In this document: piece by piece, positions 45,199 to 54,868 of the stretch
How the letters are laid out: each line of letters starts with the position of its first letter
Numbering within the stretch: the first letter of the stretch is position 1
Assembly: GCA_964645605.1 (NCBI GenBank)
Contig: CAZYCE010000001.1
Location: 64,063 to 128,062, forward strand
DNA: 64,000 bases
Origin: an uncultured Gammaproteobacteria bacterium
Lineage (GTDB): Bacteria > Patescibacteriota > Microgenomatia > UBA8517
Reading direction: 5' to 3'
Made by a program: the position numbers and the translations under genes
Notes under the pieces: generated by a model
The model's input: only the letters and a program-made list of their open reading frames with translations
What the model was told of the DNA's origin: nothing
The model's database searches: none

Positions 45199-45993
45199 AT
45201 GGTTATGTACGGCGAATCTCGCCTCCCCCGCACGGCGGAACAAAACGTCTTTATGAGAATAATATTCTTTAACATCTGGCATGGACAAGCCTGGAACGGC
45301 TTAAAAAGTTTTTTGCAGGAGAATATCGCAAGAACAGATATTTTTTGTTTATTGGAGGTAGACCCGGATGTGCAAAATAAACTCGAGAAATTGTTTAACA
45401 ATTTTGATGCTATTTACGACTGGGGAATCGCAACTGAGTATATGGGCGGAATAACCGAAGGGAGGAGTATTTTTGTCAATAAGAACCTAAAAATTGTAAA
45501 TAGAGGCAAATTGCAGCCTTTCAAAGTTACCCCGAAAGATGCGGGCGGTTTTCAATATATAAGGTTGGAGATTGAAGGTAAAAAACTTTTTGTTGGTGAA
45601 GTTCACGGAAAGACGCACCCTGGAAACAAACTGGATACGCCGGAGCGTTTAGGTCAGTCGGAAATGATAATAAATTTTTTGAAAAATATACAAGGGGCAA
45701 AGATTGTGGGAGGGGATTTCAATTTGATGCCCGAAACTGAAAGTATTAGACTCCTTGAGTCGGCCGGTTATAAAAATCTAATTAAAGAGTTTGATATTAA
45801 ATCGACCAGAAATAAAGTGAGTTGGGAAGAGTTCAAAAACCAACCCGGATTTGTTAAACAGCGTTTTGCCGATTACGTTTTTGTTTCTCCTGAGGTAAAG
45901 GTGAAAAGTTTTGAAGTGCCCTATTTAGAAGTTTCGGATCACTTGCCGTTGATTTTAGAATTTGATCTGCCTGCCGGTGGGGCAAGAATCTAA
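45199..45993 (+). CDS. Endonuclease/exonuclease/phosphatase (EEP) family protein. True start is probably the internal Met at 45253 (MRIIFFNIWHG…).
   Basis: N-terminal …NIWHG… and C-terminal SDHLPLILEFDL motifs of the EEP fold. Confidence 0.55.
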   Translation: MVMYGESRLPRTAEQNVFMRIIFFNIWHGQAWNGLKSFLQENIARTDIFCLLEVDPDVQNKLEKLFNNFDAIYDWGIATEYMGGITEGRSIFVNKNLKIVNRGKLQPFKVTPKDAGGFQYIRLEIEGKKLFVGEVHGKTHPGNKLDTPERLGQSEMIINFLKNIQGAKIVGGDFNLMPETESIRLLESAGYKNLIKEFDIKSTRNKVSWEEFKNQPGFVKQRFADYVFVSPEVKVKSFEVPYLEVSDHLPLILEFDLPAGGARI

Positions 45994-46034
45994 TTTCATG
46001 TTATTTTCGGGTTATATGCTACAATCGGAATAAG

Positions 46035-47834
46035 ATGCCTGAAAATCAAATTGAAGAGGTAAAATCAAGAACTGATATGGTCTCCATCATCGGGGAAAGG
46101 ATCGAGCTTAAAAAAGCAGGCAGAAATTATAAAGCGCTTTGTCCGTTCCACGGTGAAAAAACACCTTCTTTTATGGTTTCCCCCGAACTTCAAATTTTTA
46201 AATGTTTTGGTTGCGGAGAAGCGGGGGATATATTTGCGTTCCTGGAAAAATACGAGGGTATGGAGTTTGCCGAAGCTATGAAATATCTTGCCGACAGAGC
46301 CGGAGTCAAATTGCAAAAATTTCAGGGAGGTGCCTCATCCGAAAAAGAAAGGCTTATGGAGGTAAATAGACAGGCCATGCGGTTTTATAACTATCTTTTA
46401 TTGGAACACCCTATCGGTAGGAAAGCATTGGGTTACCTGATTGAAAACCGGGGACTTACAACCGCGACAATTAAGGAATTTCAGCTTGGATATTCTCCGG
46501 AAAGTTCTTATTCCCTCAAGAAATACCTGATTGATAAAAGCAAGTTTACTTTAACCGAAATAGAACGTGCAGGTATTGGGATAGTAAGAGGGCAAAGTCT
46601 TTATGATAGGTTCAACGGAAGGATTATTTTTCCTCTTTTTGACCATCGAGGTAATCCGATCGGCTTTTCAGGCAGGATTTTGCCTTGGGATAAGCGTGAA
46701 ACCGGAAAATATATCAACTCTCCCGAGACGCCCCTTTATCATAAAAGCAATGTCCTTTTCGGTTTGAATTTGACCAGAAGCTTTATCAAGAAGAAAAAAA
46801 CCGCAATTGTTGTTGAGGGTGAACTGGATCTCATTTCCTCGTGGCAGGCAGGAATTAAAAATGTTGTAGCCATAAAAGGTTCAGCACTTACCGAAGAGCA
46901 GGTTAGGCTTTTGTCCCGTTTTGCCCAGAAGTTTATATTGGCACTGGATAGTGATATGGCCGGGGATGCTGCCACCAGGCGTGGAATAAAAGTGGCCAGC
47001 GATATGGGAGTCGAAATTAAAGTTGCTGAAATTACGGGAGGCTACAAAGACCCTGACGAGGCAGCCAGGGGAAATATTGAAAGTTATAAAAAGAATCTTA
47101 TCGGTGCAAAAGTAATTTGGGACTTTCTGATAGATTCAGTTTTTGCGCGCAATAATGCCGAAACGGGATCGGGAAAAGCAAAGATCTCAAAAGAAATCAT
47201 CCCTATTCTTTCAGAAATAAGCGATAATATTGTTCGGGCTCATTATGTGAATGTTGTTGCAAAAAAACTCGGAGTTCCCCTGGACGCCGTAACCGAGGAA
47301 ATTTCAAAAGTTGAAAAGGGAGGGGTCACACATGCTGTCCCAGAAGAGAAGCGGGAGGAAAGAACAAAAAGAGAAATACTTGAAGAAAACTTTTTAAAGC
47401 TGGCATTTACGGGGAATCCTAAGGCCCTTCTTATGAATGACGTTTCCAAGCTTGTGAAGTTGCCGCTTAATGTCAAATTGATTGAGGAGTACAAAAAAAA
47501 GCCTCAGGGTAAGACTTTTGAAATATCCGAATTTGGGAAAAATTTGCCCAAAGAGCTATTTGAAGGATTTTCAAAAATGGTTCTTGGTGAGGAGCGTAAT
47601 TTAGATGAGAACGCCGAGGAGTTGCAAAAGGAGTTGGAATTAGTTAAAAAAGAGCTTAAAATACTAGCTGTAAAAGAAAAGTTAGAAATTTTACAATCTC
47701 AAATACGTGAGATGGAAGATAAGGGCGATAAGAAAAAGCTTCTTGAAGCTCAAAACAAATTCAATAGACTCGCCAAAATACGCTCCACTTACGAAAAAGA
47801 TGAAGTAAGCGGTATAATACTAAATGAACCCTAG
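46035..47834 (+). CDS. dnaG: DNA primase DnaG.
   Basis: Zinc-binding CPFHGEKTPSFMV…FKCFGCGEAGD. TOPRIM region VVEGELDLIS…LDSDMAGDAA. Followed by rpoD. Confidence 0.85.
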   Translation: MPENQIEEVKSRTDMVSIIGERIELKKAGRNYKALCPFHGEKTPSFMVSPELQIFKCFGCGEAGDIFAFLEKYEGMEFAEAMKYLADRAGVKLQKFQGGASSEKERLMEVNRQAMRFYNYLLLEHPIGRKALGYLIENRGLTTATIKEFQLGYSPESSYSLKKYLIDKSKFTLTEIERAGIGIVRGQSLYDRFNGRIIFPLFDHRGNPIGFSGRILPWDKRETGKYINSPETPLYHKSNVLFGLNLTRSFIKKKKTAIVVEGELDLISSWQAGIKNVVAIKGSALTEEQVRLLSRFAQKFILALDSDMAGDAATRRGIKVASDMGVEIKVAEITGGYKDPDEAARGNIESYKKNLIGAKVIWDFLIDSVFARNNAETGSGKAKISKEIIPILSEISDNIVRAHYVNVVAKKLGVPLDAVTEEISKVEKGGVTHAVPEEKREERTKREILEENFLKLAFTGNPKALLMNDVSKLVKLPLNVKLIEEYKKKPQGKTFEISEFGKNLPKELFEGFSKMVLGEERNLDENAEELQKELELVKKELKILAVKEKLEILQSQIREMEDKGDKKKLLEAQNKFNRLAKIRSTYEKDEVSGIILNEP

Positions 47835-47944
47835 CGATAGGGTATTGTTGTGTTCAAGTGTGTGATTGTTGACTCATATCTCGCCGACACTCTTCGCAGT
47901 GTCAATTCATGAGGTTATGACGAAAACAGTCGTTTGCAAAGCAA

Positions 47945-49024
47945 ATGATACGAAAACCAGTACTCGATTTAATTAAAAAAGGACGTGATCAGGGGTTTGT
48001 GACCCAGGAAGAGATCATGGACGTCTTTCCTGACGCGGAAGAAAGAGTGGTGGAACTTGATGATCTGTATGAGAAACTTCTTGCGGAAGGAATTGATGTT
48101 TTTGAGTCTGTTACTCCGGGTGAGATTGAATCCGATGAAAAAGCTAAAGAAAAGCTAGACCGTGAAATTGAGCTTCTTACAAAACTTGAGGGGATTGAGT
48201 CGACAGATCCCGTCAGACAATATTTAAGGGAAATCGGCAGGGTCCCTCTTCTTTTGGCAGAGGATGAAGTTGAGCTTGCGAAAAGATATGAAAAAGCCGA
48301 CAAAAGGGCTAAGGACAAACTTACGGAGAGTAACCTCAGGCTTGTTGTATCAATTGCCAAAAAGTACATAGGACGCGGGCTTTCACTATTGGATCTTATC
48401 CAGGAAGGAAACCAGGGACTTATCCGCGCTGTCGAAAAATATGATTGGAGAAAGGGTTTTAAGTTCTCAACTTACGCAACCTGGTGGATAAGACAGGCCA
48501 TTACTCGCGCAATTGCCGACCAGGCCAGAACCATCAGAATTCCTGTCCACATGGTTGAAACAATAAATAAAATTTATAGAACCAGCAGGAGGCTCATGCA
48601 GGAACTTGGCCGTGAGCCTACTCCTGAGGAAATCGGGGAAGAGCTGGAAATGGAGGGAGATCGCATCCGCGAGATATTCAAAATTGCCCAGGAAACGACC
48701 TCATTAGAGGCTCCCGTGGGTGAGGATCAGGAAAGCTTCCTCGGAGATTTTATTCCCGATGAAACAACCCTTTCCCCGGTTGACCAGGCCAGCAAGCAGC
48801 TTTTGAAAGATCATCTTGAAGAAGTTTTAGGCACTCTTTCGGAAAGAGAGGCAAAAGTACTAAAACTGAGATTTGGTCTTGAGGGCAGCAAAGCCATGAC
48901 TCTTGAGGAAGTCGGAAAAGTTTTCGGAGTTACCCGTGAGCGTATCCGTCAGATTGAGGCCAAGGCATTAAGAAAATTGAAGCACCCTTCAAGGAGAAAG
49001 AAATTGCAGGATTATCTCGACTAA
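47945..49024 (+). CDS. rpoD: RNA polymerase sigma-70 factor RpoD.
   Basis: Region 2 (…[41 protein letters not shown]) and region 4 ([15 protein letters not shown]…[27 protein letters not shown]) signatures. Confidence 0.9.
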   Translation: MIRKPVLDLIKKGRDQGFVTQEEIMDVFPDAEERVVELDDLYEKLLAEGIDVFESVTPGEIESDEKAKEKLDREIELLTKLEGIESTDPVRQYLREIGRVPLLLAEDEVELAKRYEKADKRAKDKLTESNLRLVVSIAKKYIGRGLSLLDLIQEGNQGLIRAVEKYDWRKGFKFSTYATWWIRQAITRAIADQARTIRIPVHMVETINKIYRTSRRLMQELGREPTPEEIGEELEMEGDRIREIFKIAQETTSLEAPVGEDQESFLGDFIPDETTLSPVDQASKQLLKDHLEEVLGTLSEREAKVLKLRFGLEGSKAMTLEEVGKVFGVTRERIRQIEAKALRKLKHPSRRKKLQDYLD

Positions 49025-49034
49025 TTCTCAATTT

Positions 49035-49988
49035 CTAATTACTAATTCCTAATTTTTTCTTTAATCCCTCAATCATTACCTCGGTCATTTTTGTTAGATC
49101 AAATGAAGGTTCCCATCCCCAATCACGCCTTGCATCGGAGTCGTCAATTGATTCAGGCCAGGATTCGGCAATGGCCTGTTTGGTGGGGTCAGGATTGTAA
49201 GTACAGACAAAACTTGGATAAAGTTTTTTGATTTCGGCCACCAATTCTTCGGGGGTAAAGTTAATTGCGCCAAAATTATAACTTGTTCTAACACTTATTT
49301 TTTCGGCAGGAGCTTCCATAAGATCAATTGTTCCCTTTACCGCGTCGTCAATGTACATCATGGGAAGCCTGGTGCCTTCTTTTAGAAAACAGCTATATTT
49401 ACCCTCATTTAAAAGGCCGTAAAAAATGTGGACCGAGTATTCGGTCGTTCCGTCGCCCGGTGGTGCTTTGTAGCCGGTTAAACCAGGGTATCTTAGGCTT
49501 CTGGCATCAACTCCCCAGCGTTTCCAGTAGTATTGACATATGAGCTCCCCGGCAACCTTCCCGACTCCGTATATAGTTGTCGGTTCAAGGCTGGTGTGTT
49601 GAGGTGTGTTTTTCCTGGGAGTGGTGGGGCCAAAAGCCGCGATAGAACTCGGGAAAAACACTTTAAATTTGTAAGTTTTTGCCAAATCCAATACATTTTT
49701 TAACCCCCCAAAGTTTACTTTCCAGGCTAGGTCCGGATCCTTTTCACTTCCTACGGACAAGATTCCGGCTAGATGATAGACCTCGGTAACTCCGTTTTCT
49801 TTGATGATGTTTTCGAGCGAAGAAATGTCCGTTACGTCCCCTCTGACCAAGTTTCCGTCAAAATCAGGAGGAATTGTTTTATTGCCCATGGCAAAAATGT
49901 TTTCCTTACCGAATTGTGTCTGAAGTTCAGGTACAAGATCGCTTCCCACAAGTCCGAATGCGCCCGTAACAAGAATTTTCTTTATCAT
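49035..49988 (-). CDS. tdh: NAD-dependent epimerase/dehydratase-fold enzyme, most likely the short-chain (UDP-galactose-4-epimerase-like) L-threonine 3-dehydrogenase.
   Basis: N-terminal [14 protein letters not shown] Rossmann motif. The catalytic Tyr-x3-Lys region is present, read as YGVGK-type spacing. Co-directional and overlapping by 4 nt with the KBL gene. Confidence 0.55.
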   Translation of the reverse strand: MIKKILVTGAFGLVGSDLVPELQTQFGKENIFAMGNKTIPPDFDGNLVRGDVTDISSLENIIKENGVTEVYHLAGILSVGSEKDPDLAWKVNFGGLKNVLDLAKTYKFKVFFPSSIAAFGPTTPRKNTPQHTSLEPTTIYGVGKVAGELICQYYWKRWGVDARSLRYPGLTGYKAPPGDGTTEYSVHIFYGLLNEGKYSCFLKEGTRLPMMYIDDAVKGTIDLMEAPAEKISVRTSYNFGAINFTPEELVAEIKKLYPSFVCTYNPDPTKQAIAESWPESIDDSDARRDWGWEPSFDLTKMTEVMIEGLKKKLGISN

Positions 49989-51157
49989 ATAACGGCCATT
50001 TTTTTGCCAACCTTCTCAAAAATTTGAAGCGCTCCATCCAATTGCCCCTTTGAATGTCCGGCGGAGTTCATAATTCTAATTCTGGCTTTTCCCTGAGGAA
50101 CTGTAGGGTAGACTATTGCTTTGGCAAAAAGACCCTCGTTGAAAAGTTCCCTGCTCATGTCCTGAGCGAGCTTGGCGTCCCCAAGCATCAGGGGAATAAT
50201 GGGAGAGATGGAGGTCCCGGTATCAAATCCGAGCTTTTTTAAACCGGCTCTAAGGTAATCTGCGTTTTCCCAAAGTTTTTTAACCAAATCTCCCGATTTT
50301 TCCAAAAGTTCCACGGCTGCAATACAGGCTGCAACATCGGGAATGGTCATCGCCGAGCTAAACAGGAACGGTCGGCCGCGCTGTGAAAGCCATTCAATTA
50401 TTTCCTTTTTCCCTGCAACAATTCCGCCGACAACTCCGAAGGCTTTGCTCATAGTTCCTACCTCAATATCTACTTTTCCGTGGAGATGAAAATGGTCAAC
50501 TATGCCCCTGCCCGATTCTCCCAAAACTCCCTCTCCGTGGGCATCATCAACCATAAGCATTGCGTCATATTTCGAGGTAATTTCATACAGTTTGTCCAAA
50601 GGTGCAATGTCACCATCCATAGAGAATACGCCGTCGGTTATAACCAGCTTTTTAGCCTCTTTGGGTGCGGCTTTCAGTTTTTCTTCCAAATCGGCAGGGT
50701 TTGCATGGGCAAACCGGATTACCTCCGCTTTACTCAGACGGCAGCCATCAATAATACTGGCATGGTTAAGCTCGTCTGAAAAAATGAGATCTCCCTCACC
50801 GGTGAGAGCGGGGATAACCGCCAGATTTGCGATAAAGCCCGATTGAAATGTGATTACAGCTTCTGCTTTTTTAAACTCGGCAAGTTTTTCCTCAAGTTTT
50901 TTATGGAGTGTTGTGGTTCCTGCTATTGTTCTTACGGCAGCCGGGCCAATCCCGTATTTATCAATCGCGGCTTTTGCAGCCTCCTTCATTTCAGGATTGT
51001 TGGCCAATCCCAAATAGTTATTGGAACAGAAGTTTAGAAGCTTTTTGCCGTTAATTTGAATTTCGGGCCCGATTGCGCTTTCTATTGTCAGGATGTTGTT
51101 GTAGAGATTTTGCTCCTTGAGATCACTAACCTGTTTTTTGATCCAGTCCGTGGCCAT
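49985..51157 (-). CDS. kbl: 2-amino-3-ketobutyrate CoA ligase (glycine C-acetyltransferase), PLP-dependent AONS family.
   Basis: AONS-family fold length (390 aa). PLP-lysine region …[12 protein letters not shown]…. [12 protein letters not shown] motif. Coupled to the tdh-like gene. Confidence 0.65.
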   Translation of the reverse strand: MATDWIKKQVSDLKEQNLYNNILTIESAIGPEIQINGKKLLNFCSNNYLGLANNPEMKEAAKAAIDKYGIGPAAVRTIAGTTTLHKKLEEKLAEFKKAEAVITFQSGFIANLAVIPALTGEGDLIFSDELNHASIIDGCRLSKAEVIRFAHANPADLEEKLKAAPKEAKKLVITDGVFSMDGDIAPLDKLYEITSKYDAMLMVDDAHGEGVLGESGRGIVDHFHLHGKVDIEVGTMSKAFGVVGGIVAGKKEIIEWLSQRGRPFLFSSAMTIPDVAACIAAVELLEKSGDLVKKLWENADYLRAGLKKLGFDTGTSISPIIPLMLGDAKLAQDMSRELFNEGLFAKAIVYPTVPQGKARIRIMNSAGHSKGQLDGALQIFEKVGKKMAVI

Positions 51158-51311
51158 GAGAAGAGTATACCACTAAAGTAATTAATAATTAATAATTTAT
51201 AATTTACAACTTATAAGTTTTAAAAGCGCGAAAACTAGGTTATAATAGCTTCAGAGAATAGTAATTATTACTTGTAAATTATTGATTATAAATTCTCTTG
51301 TTCTTTTATAT

Positions 51312-51578
51312 TCCCCTGTAGCTCAATGGTAGAGCGAGATCCTGTCTGGTTTGGCAGCTCTTGACAGTAATGTCGGGATGAAAATCAGGCTAATTCGGGG
51401 AACCCCTCCTTCGTATAAAACTACGGAAGGGTAATCCCGAGCTAAATCACAAAAGTGTAAATGTGTAGAGACTATATACCTGACACCCTTTGGGGTGATA
51501 AGATAGTCCGATCCTTTTGGTAACAGAAGGGCTATTGTAAGATCGAGGTTGGAGGTTCGAGTCCTCCCGGGGGAGCCA
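51312..51578 (+). tRNA. tRNA-Asn (anticodon GTT) interrupted in the anticodon loop by a ~192-nt group I intron. Exons are 51312-51345 and 51538-51575(+CCA to 51578).
   Basis: 5' exon TCCCCTG-TA-GCTC-AATGGTA-GAGC-G-AGATC-CTGT. 3' exon TAA-GATCG-AGGTT-GGAGG-TTCGAGT-CCTCC-CGGGGGA-G-CCA. Reconstituted loop CTGTTAA matches the E. coli tRNA-Asn loop. G73 discriminator and acceptor resemble bacterial tRNA-Asn. Confidence 0.7.
51346..51537 (+). ncRNA. Group I self-splicing intron (catalytic core R/S elements present) inserted between anticodon positions 35 and 36 of tRNA-Asn.
   Basis: GTGTAGAGACTATA (R-like, cf. UCAGAGACUA) and AAGATAGTCCG (S-like, cf. AAGAUAUAGUCC) form P7 (GACTA/TAGTC). The intron ends with G (omega-G) right before exon TAA. 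The 5' exon ends in T (U•G in P1). Confidence 0.7.
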
Positions 51579-51948
51579 AGATTGACGAGAGGCGTAAAAA
51601 GCTATCTTGTCAAAGGGATTTGTCCAGTCGTATCGGGCTTTTTTGCCATTTAGTTCTAAGTTCTGAAGTGTCATCTTCAAAAGTAGCCGTTTTTCGTGAA
51701 CTTCAGAACTTTCAAACAGTTTGCCTGCGTTAAAAGCCAGTTTTAGCGGGTATCCTGTTGGAATTCTTATTAATTCCAACAGGAAAGTTGGGTATTCCTG
51801 CCAATAAGTGCCATGGTGCATTAAGTTAAAATCCAAAGGATTTTGGATTTGCCATTTTGGCCTATCCAACAATTCTTTGGGTTCTTTTATTGGAAAAATG
51901 CCTTAAATGGATGTTTAAGCCGAAATTTTGTAGAATGGCGGAAACAAT

Positions 51949-52494
51949 ATGTATAACCAACTGTTTTCAAACCAATGGGTTTTTGATAGATGTGTGGAAG
52001 GCGAAGGTGTTTTCATCCCCTTGGTTGTTGCCGTTTCGATACCGGTTCTGGTTTTTCTTTATCGTTACTTGGGAGTGCGAAAAGTTCTCTTTGTAATTAC
52101 CCTCTTTTTAATCCCTCCGCTAGTGTTTATTAGTGGCTCGCTTTTGGGATTTTCCGCTTGCAGCGCGGGCTTATTTTGGAAAGGAATAAGACCAGCACTT
52201 GAACTTAACAATGAAGTGAAAAGAATGTGCGCGGATAATGAGTGCCCTAAGTCAGAAGATGAATTATCCAGGCTAGATACCGATCTTTATCATCAGATAT
52301 CTTCCAATGCAAAGACTAAATATAATTATAGTCAGTCTACCGGAGAATATGTTTGGTACGTTCGGCCAAGTAGATATTATGTAGGCATATTTCAAGAGGG
52401 TACGTTCAGTCTTTATAAAATTCCTTCATTCTTACTGATAAGACACTGGAACAATGTTCCCGTCTATAATGGCAAGATTGAGACGCTTCCTTAG
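51949..52494 (+). CDS. Membrane hypothetical protein (181 aa).
   Basis: Two N-terminal TM helices followed by a Cys-containing soluble domain. Confidence 0.3.
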   Translation: MYNQLFSNQWVFDRCVEGEGVFIPLVVAVSIPVLVFLYRYLGVRKVLFVITLFLIPPLVFISGSLLGFSACSAGLFWKGIRPALELNNEVKRMCADNECPKSEDELSRLDTDLYHQISSNAKTKYNYSQSTGEYVWYVRPSRYYVGIFQEGTFSLYKIPSFLLIRHWNNVPVYNGKIETLP

Positions 52495-52638
52495 TTCCGG
52501 TAGTGTTTATTAAACTAGAATTATTTATAATACTGTTTGAGATATATCTCATAGCGTAGTTATTAGAGGAAACTTTCACTTAAAAAACAACACCACTGTG
52601 CCATCCAAAGTGGTAAGTTAGTATAATATAATTATCAG

Positions 52639-52944
52639 ATGTCTAAAAATCCTATCATTAATGCTCTTAGCACTTTAGCGTACATCATCCTTGTCGTCAC
52701 TGTTATGAACTTTGTTACGCAACCTTTAAAGAATAAGCCTGATACTTTTTTCGCTCCAGTCACATTTTTATCAGTACTTACTCTTTCTGTTGCCGTAATG
52801 GCCTTCTTGTTTTTTTATCAACCACTCCAGCTTTTTATTGAAGGAGAGAAAAAAGAGGCGGTAAATTTATTTACCAAAACCGTTAGTATATTCAGCGTCA
52901 TAACGATCGTGGCCTTAATACTTCTTTCTTCGGGTTTGATTTAA
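52639..52944 (+). CDS. Small (101 aa) three-TM membrane protein.
   Basis: ORF with three hydrophobic helices. Standalone with its own upstream spacer. Confidence 0.3.
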   Translation: MSKNPIINALSTLAYIILVVTVMNFVTQPLKNKPDTFFAPVTFLSVLTLSVAVMAFLFFYQPLQLFIEGEKKEAVNLFTKTVSIFSVITIVALILLSSGLI

Positions 52945-53244
52945 ATTTTGACTGTTTCAGCGATGTGGTGGGGACACTTGGAGATGGTAGGGCTTTGCCG
53001 ATTTTAAAGTCTTACTATGCAGGGAATATTCCGGAAAAAGAACTCTTCAATGAAGTTTTTGGTCAGTGCAAATTCTAAAAAGCCATTAATTTAACAAGTG
53101 GGGGAATTAGTCTAACGGCTGTCTTTCGGTGTTATGGCTTAAAATAAACATAGTTGCTATAATGGGGCAATGCTAACCAAACATCATGTTTTGGTGAAGC
53201 AGTTTTTTACAATTGCGTTTGTTTTGGGTATACTCATATAGATT

Positions 53245-53769
53245 ATGTCTAAACCAAAATCTAAAAAAGTAATAGTTAAAAGGAAAGAATCCGAGCAGAC
53301 TTTGGGGGGAAAAATTGGAAAAGCATTATTAACTTACCTAACTACCCAGTTTGTTTTAATGATCTTGGTTGGGCTTGCTACTTGGGGTATTTTATCTTTA
53401 CTTCATGTTGGATATCCGATTCTTCTGGCAGTCATGACAGGAGTTTTGTCCGGAGTTCCGGGCTTTGGAATGACTGTTTCAACAATTATTATCGCCCTGG
53501 TTGCAATTTTGGACAATACTAATATGTGGACGAACTCTCCGTCATGGCTTGAAGCATTAATAATTTTAGTTTTGTTTTTTGTATTCAATAAATTTATTGA
53601 TCTGATCATTGGTCCGATTTTCTTAGGCAAAACCAATAAAGTAAATCCTTTTGTTGTTGTTATTTTGGTAGTCTTAGGAACCGTCTTTATGGGGATTCCT
53701 GGGGCAATTTTGGCCATGCCGATTTATTTGGTTATTAAAACAACACTTGAACACTTCGAAGGGAAATAA
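53245..53769 (+). CDS. Short (174 aa) membrane protein resembling the C-terminal half of AI-2E/UPF0118 family transporters. Possibly truncated.
   Basis: Four TM helices. …LLAVMTGVLSGVPGFGMTVSTIIIALVAIL… resembles the conserved AI-2E C-terminal region. Confidence 0.35.
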   Translation: MSKPKSKKVIVKRKESEQTLGGKIGKALLTYLTTQFVLMILVGLATWGILSLLHVGYPILLAVMTGVLSGVPGFGMTVSTIIIALVAILDNTNMWTNSPSWLEALIILVLFFVFNKFIDLIIGPIFLGKTNKVNPFVVVILVVLGTVFMGIPGAILAMPIYLVIKTTLEHFEGK

Positions 53770-53772
53770 AAA

Positions 53773-53808
53773 CCCCGCCGTTTGAGGCGGGGAAAAGTCT
53801 TTTTTTAA
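53773..53808. terminator. Bidirectional rho-independent terminator between convergent genes.
   Basis: CCCCGCC-gtttga-GGCGGGG followed by aaaagtcTTTTTTT, and preceded by AAAAA on the other strand. Confidence 0.65.
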
Positions 53809-53814
53809 AACTTT

Positions 53815-54255
53815 TTATTTAATTTGCTTTGCTTTAACAGCAATTTTCTTGGGCTTTGCGGTTTCCGCAATAGGAGCTTTTATAGTAACCACTCCGTCAT
53901 TCACCTCAGCTGAAATTTTGGACCCGTCAACTGCCCTTGGCAGATTAGTAGTGTAATCAAAATAGCTCACCTTTTGCTGTTTATAGACCACTTTCTTTTT
54001 CTTTTTTTCCTCCTCTGTCTCGGTAGTCTCAGCCTTGATTCTCAGTACCCCATCCTCAAAAGTAACGTCGACTTTATCGGCGGGAATTCCAGGAACAGCC
54101 GCTTTAACAACAACATCTGTGTCCGTTTCATACACATCAAGGCCTTCGGTTACTTTAATCATCGGCCAGTTTTCGTCTTCCTCAAAAGGGGTTAAGAAAC
54201 GATCACTTAGCCACGGCGCAAAAGGATTGAATTTAACAATTGCCATATATTTCAC
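53815..54255 (-). CDS. Hsp20/alpha-crystallin family small heat-shock protein. Start is likely at MAIVKF (54246).
   Basis: …VYETDTDVVVKAAVPGIPADKVDVTFEDGVLRIKAE… and C-terminal …DGVVTIKAPI match the ACD fold plus I-x-I/V-like tail. Confidence 0.8.
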   Translation of the reverse strand: MKYMAIVKFNPFAPWLSDRFLTPFEEDENWPMIKVTEGLDVYETDTDVVVKAAVPGIPADKVDVTFEDGVLRIKAETTETEEEKKKKKVVYKQQKVSYFDYTTNLPRAVDGSKISAEVNDGVVTIKAPIAETAKPKKIAVKAKQIK

Positions 54256-54322
54256 CTCCTTTCAAATCAGTTAGCAGTCTAATACACTGAGTGCTAGTTT
54301 GTCAAGAGGGTTTTTACGGGGG

Positions 54323-54811
54323 TTATTTTGTCTTTTTTGAAGATGCCTTCTTGATTACCTTCTTTGCTTTCTCAGGTTTAATTTCCTTTGTCTCGCCGGA
54401 GTCTTTAACGGAGGCAGGCTCAATCTTTTCCTCGACAACTGTCGGGGTAGGAGTTGGGGCTAAAATATTAAGAATTCTATCAAGTTTGGTATCCATTGCA
54501 TCAAACCGAGCTTTATTTTGATCAAAAGAGGGAACCTGGGGCTTAGATTCAGATCTTCGGGAGTCTCTTCCGCCGTTCATTTTTTCAAAACACTCACTGC
54601 AATAAACCGGTTTTCCATTTGAAGGCTTAAAAGGTACCTGACAATCTTTTCCGCAGTTGCTGCAGACGGCGCTGAACATCTCGCGGTGTCCGGCGTCTCT
54701 GTCAAAACCTCCACCAAAACCACCACGTCCGCCTCGGTTGCCGCCGAAATCGCGCCTACCGAAGTCTCTACCTCCACCGCCACCTCTCCTGTCTCTTCCA
54801 AAATTTCCCAT
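54323..54811 (-). CDS. RGG/Gly-Arg-rich protein with a C4 zinc-ribbon (CxxC-x16-CxxC) and a lysine-rich C-terminal tail. Putative nucleic-acid-binding protein.
   Basis: N-terminal MGNFGRDRRGGGGGRDFGRRDFGGNRGGRGGFGGGFDRD. CSNCGKDC…CSECF. C-terminal KPEKAKKVIKKASSKKTK. Confidence 0.45.
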   Translation of the reverse strand: MGNFGRDRRGGGGGRDFGRRDFGGNRGGRGGFGGGFDRDAGHREMFSAVCSNCGKDCQVPFKPSNGKPVYCSECFEKMNGGRDSRRSESKPQVPSFDQNKARFDAMDTKLDRILNILAPTPTPTVVEEKIEPASVKDSGETKEIKPEKAKKVIKKASSKKTK

Positions 54812-54868
54812 AGAGTGTCATTGTATCATGCTTATCTAAATTAACCTAATGAATGTATAATATCTACC

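Noticed and set aside
45049-45252. Possible small RNA (for example SRP RNA) in the 200-nt spacer before the EEP gene
   Set aside because: No SRP-RNA domain IV motif or other recognisable ncRNA signature. Probably just leader sequence, and the EEP gene start is uncertain.
51447-51872. 141-aa minus-strand ORF downstream of tRNA-Asn
   Set aside because: It overlaps the group I intron and tRNA 3' exon and has no motifs. The 51580-51950 region appears non-coding.
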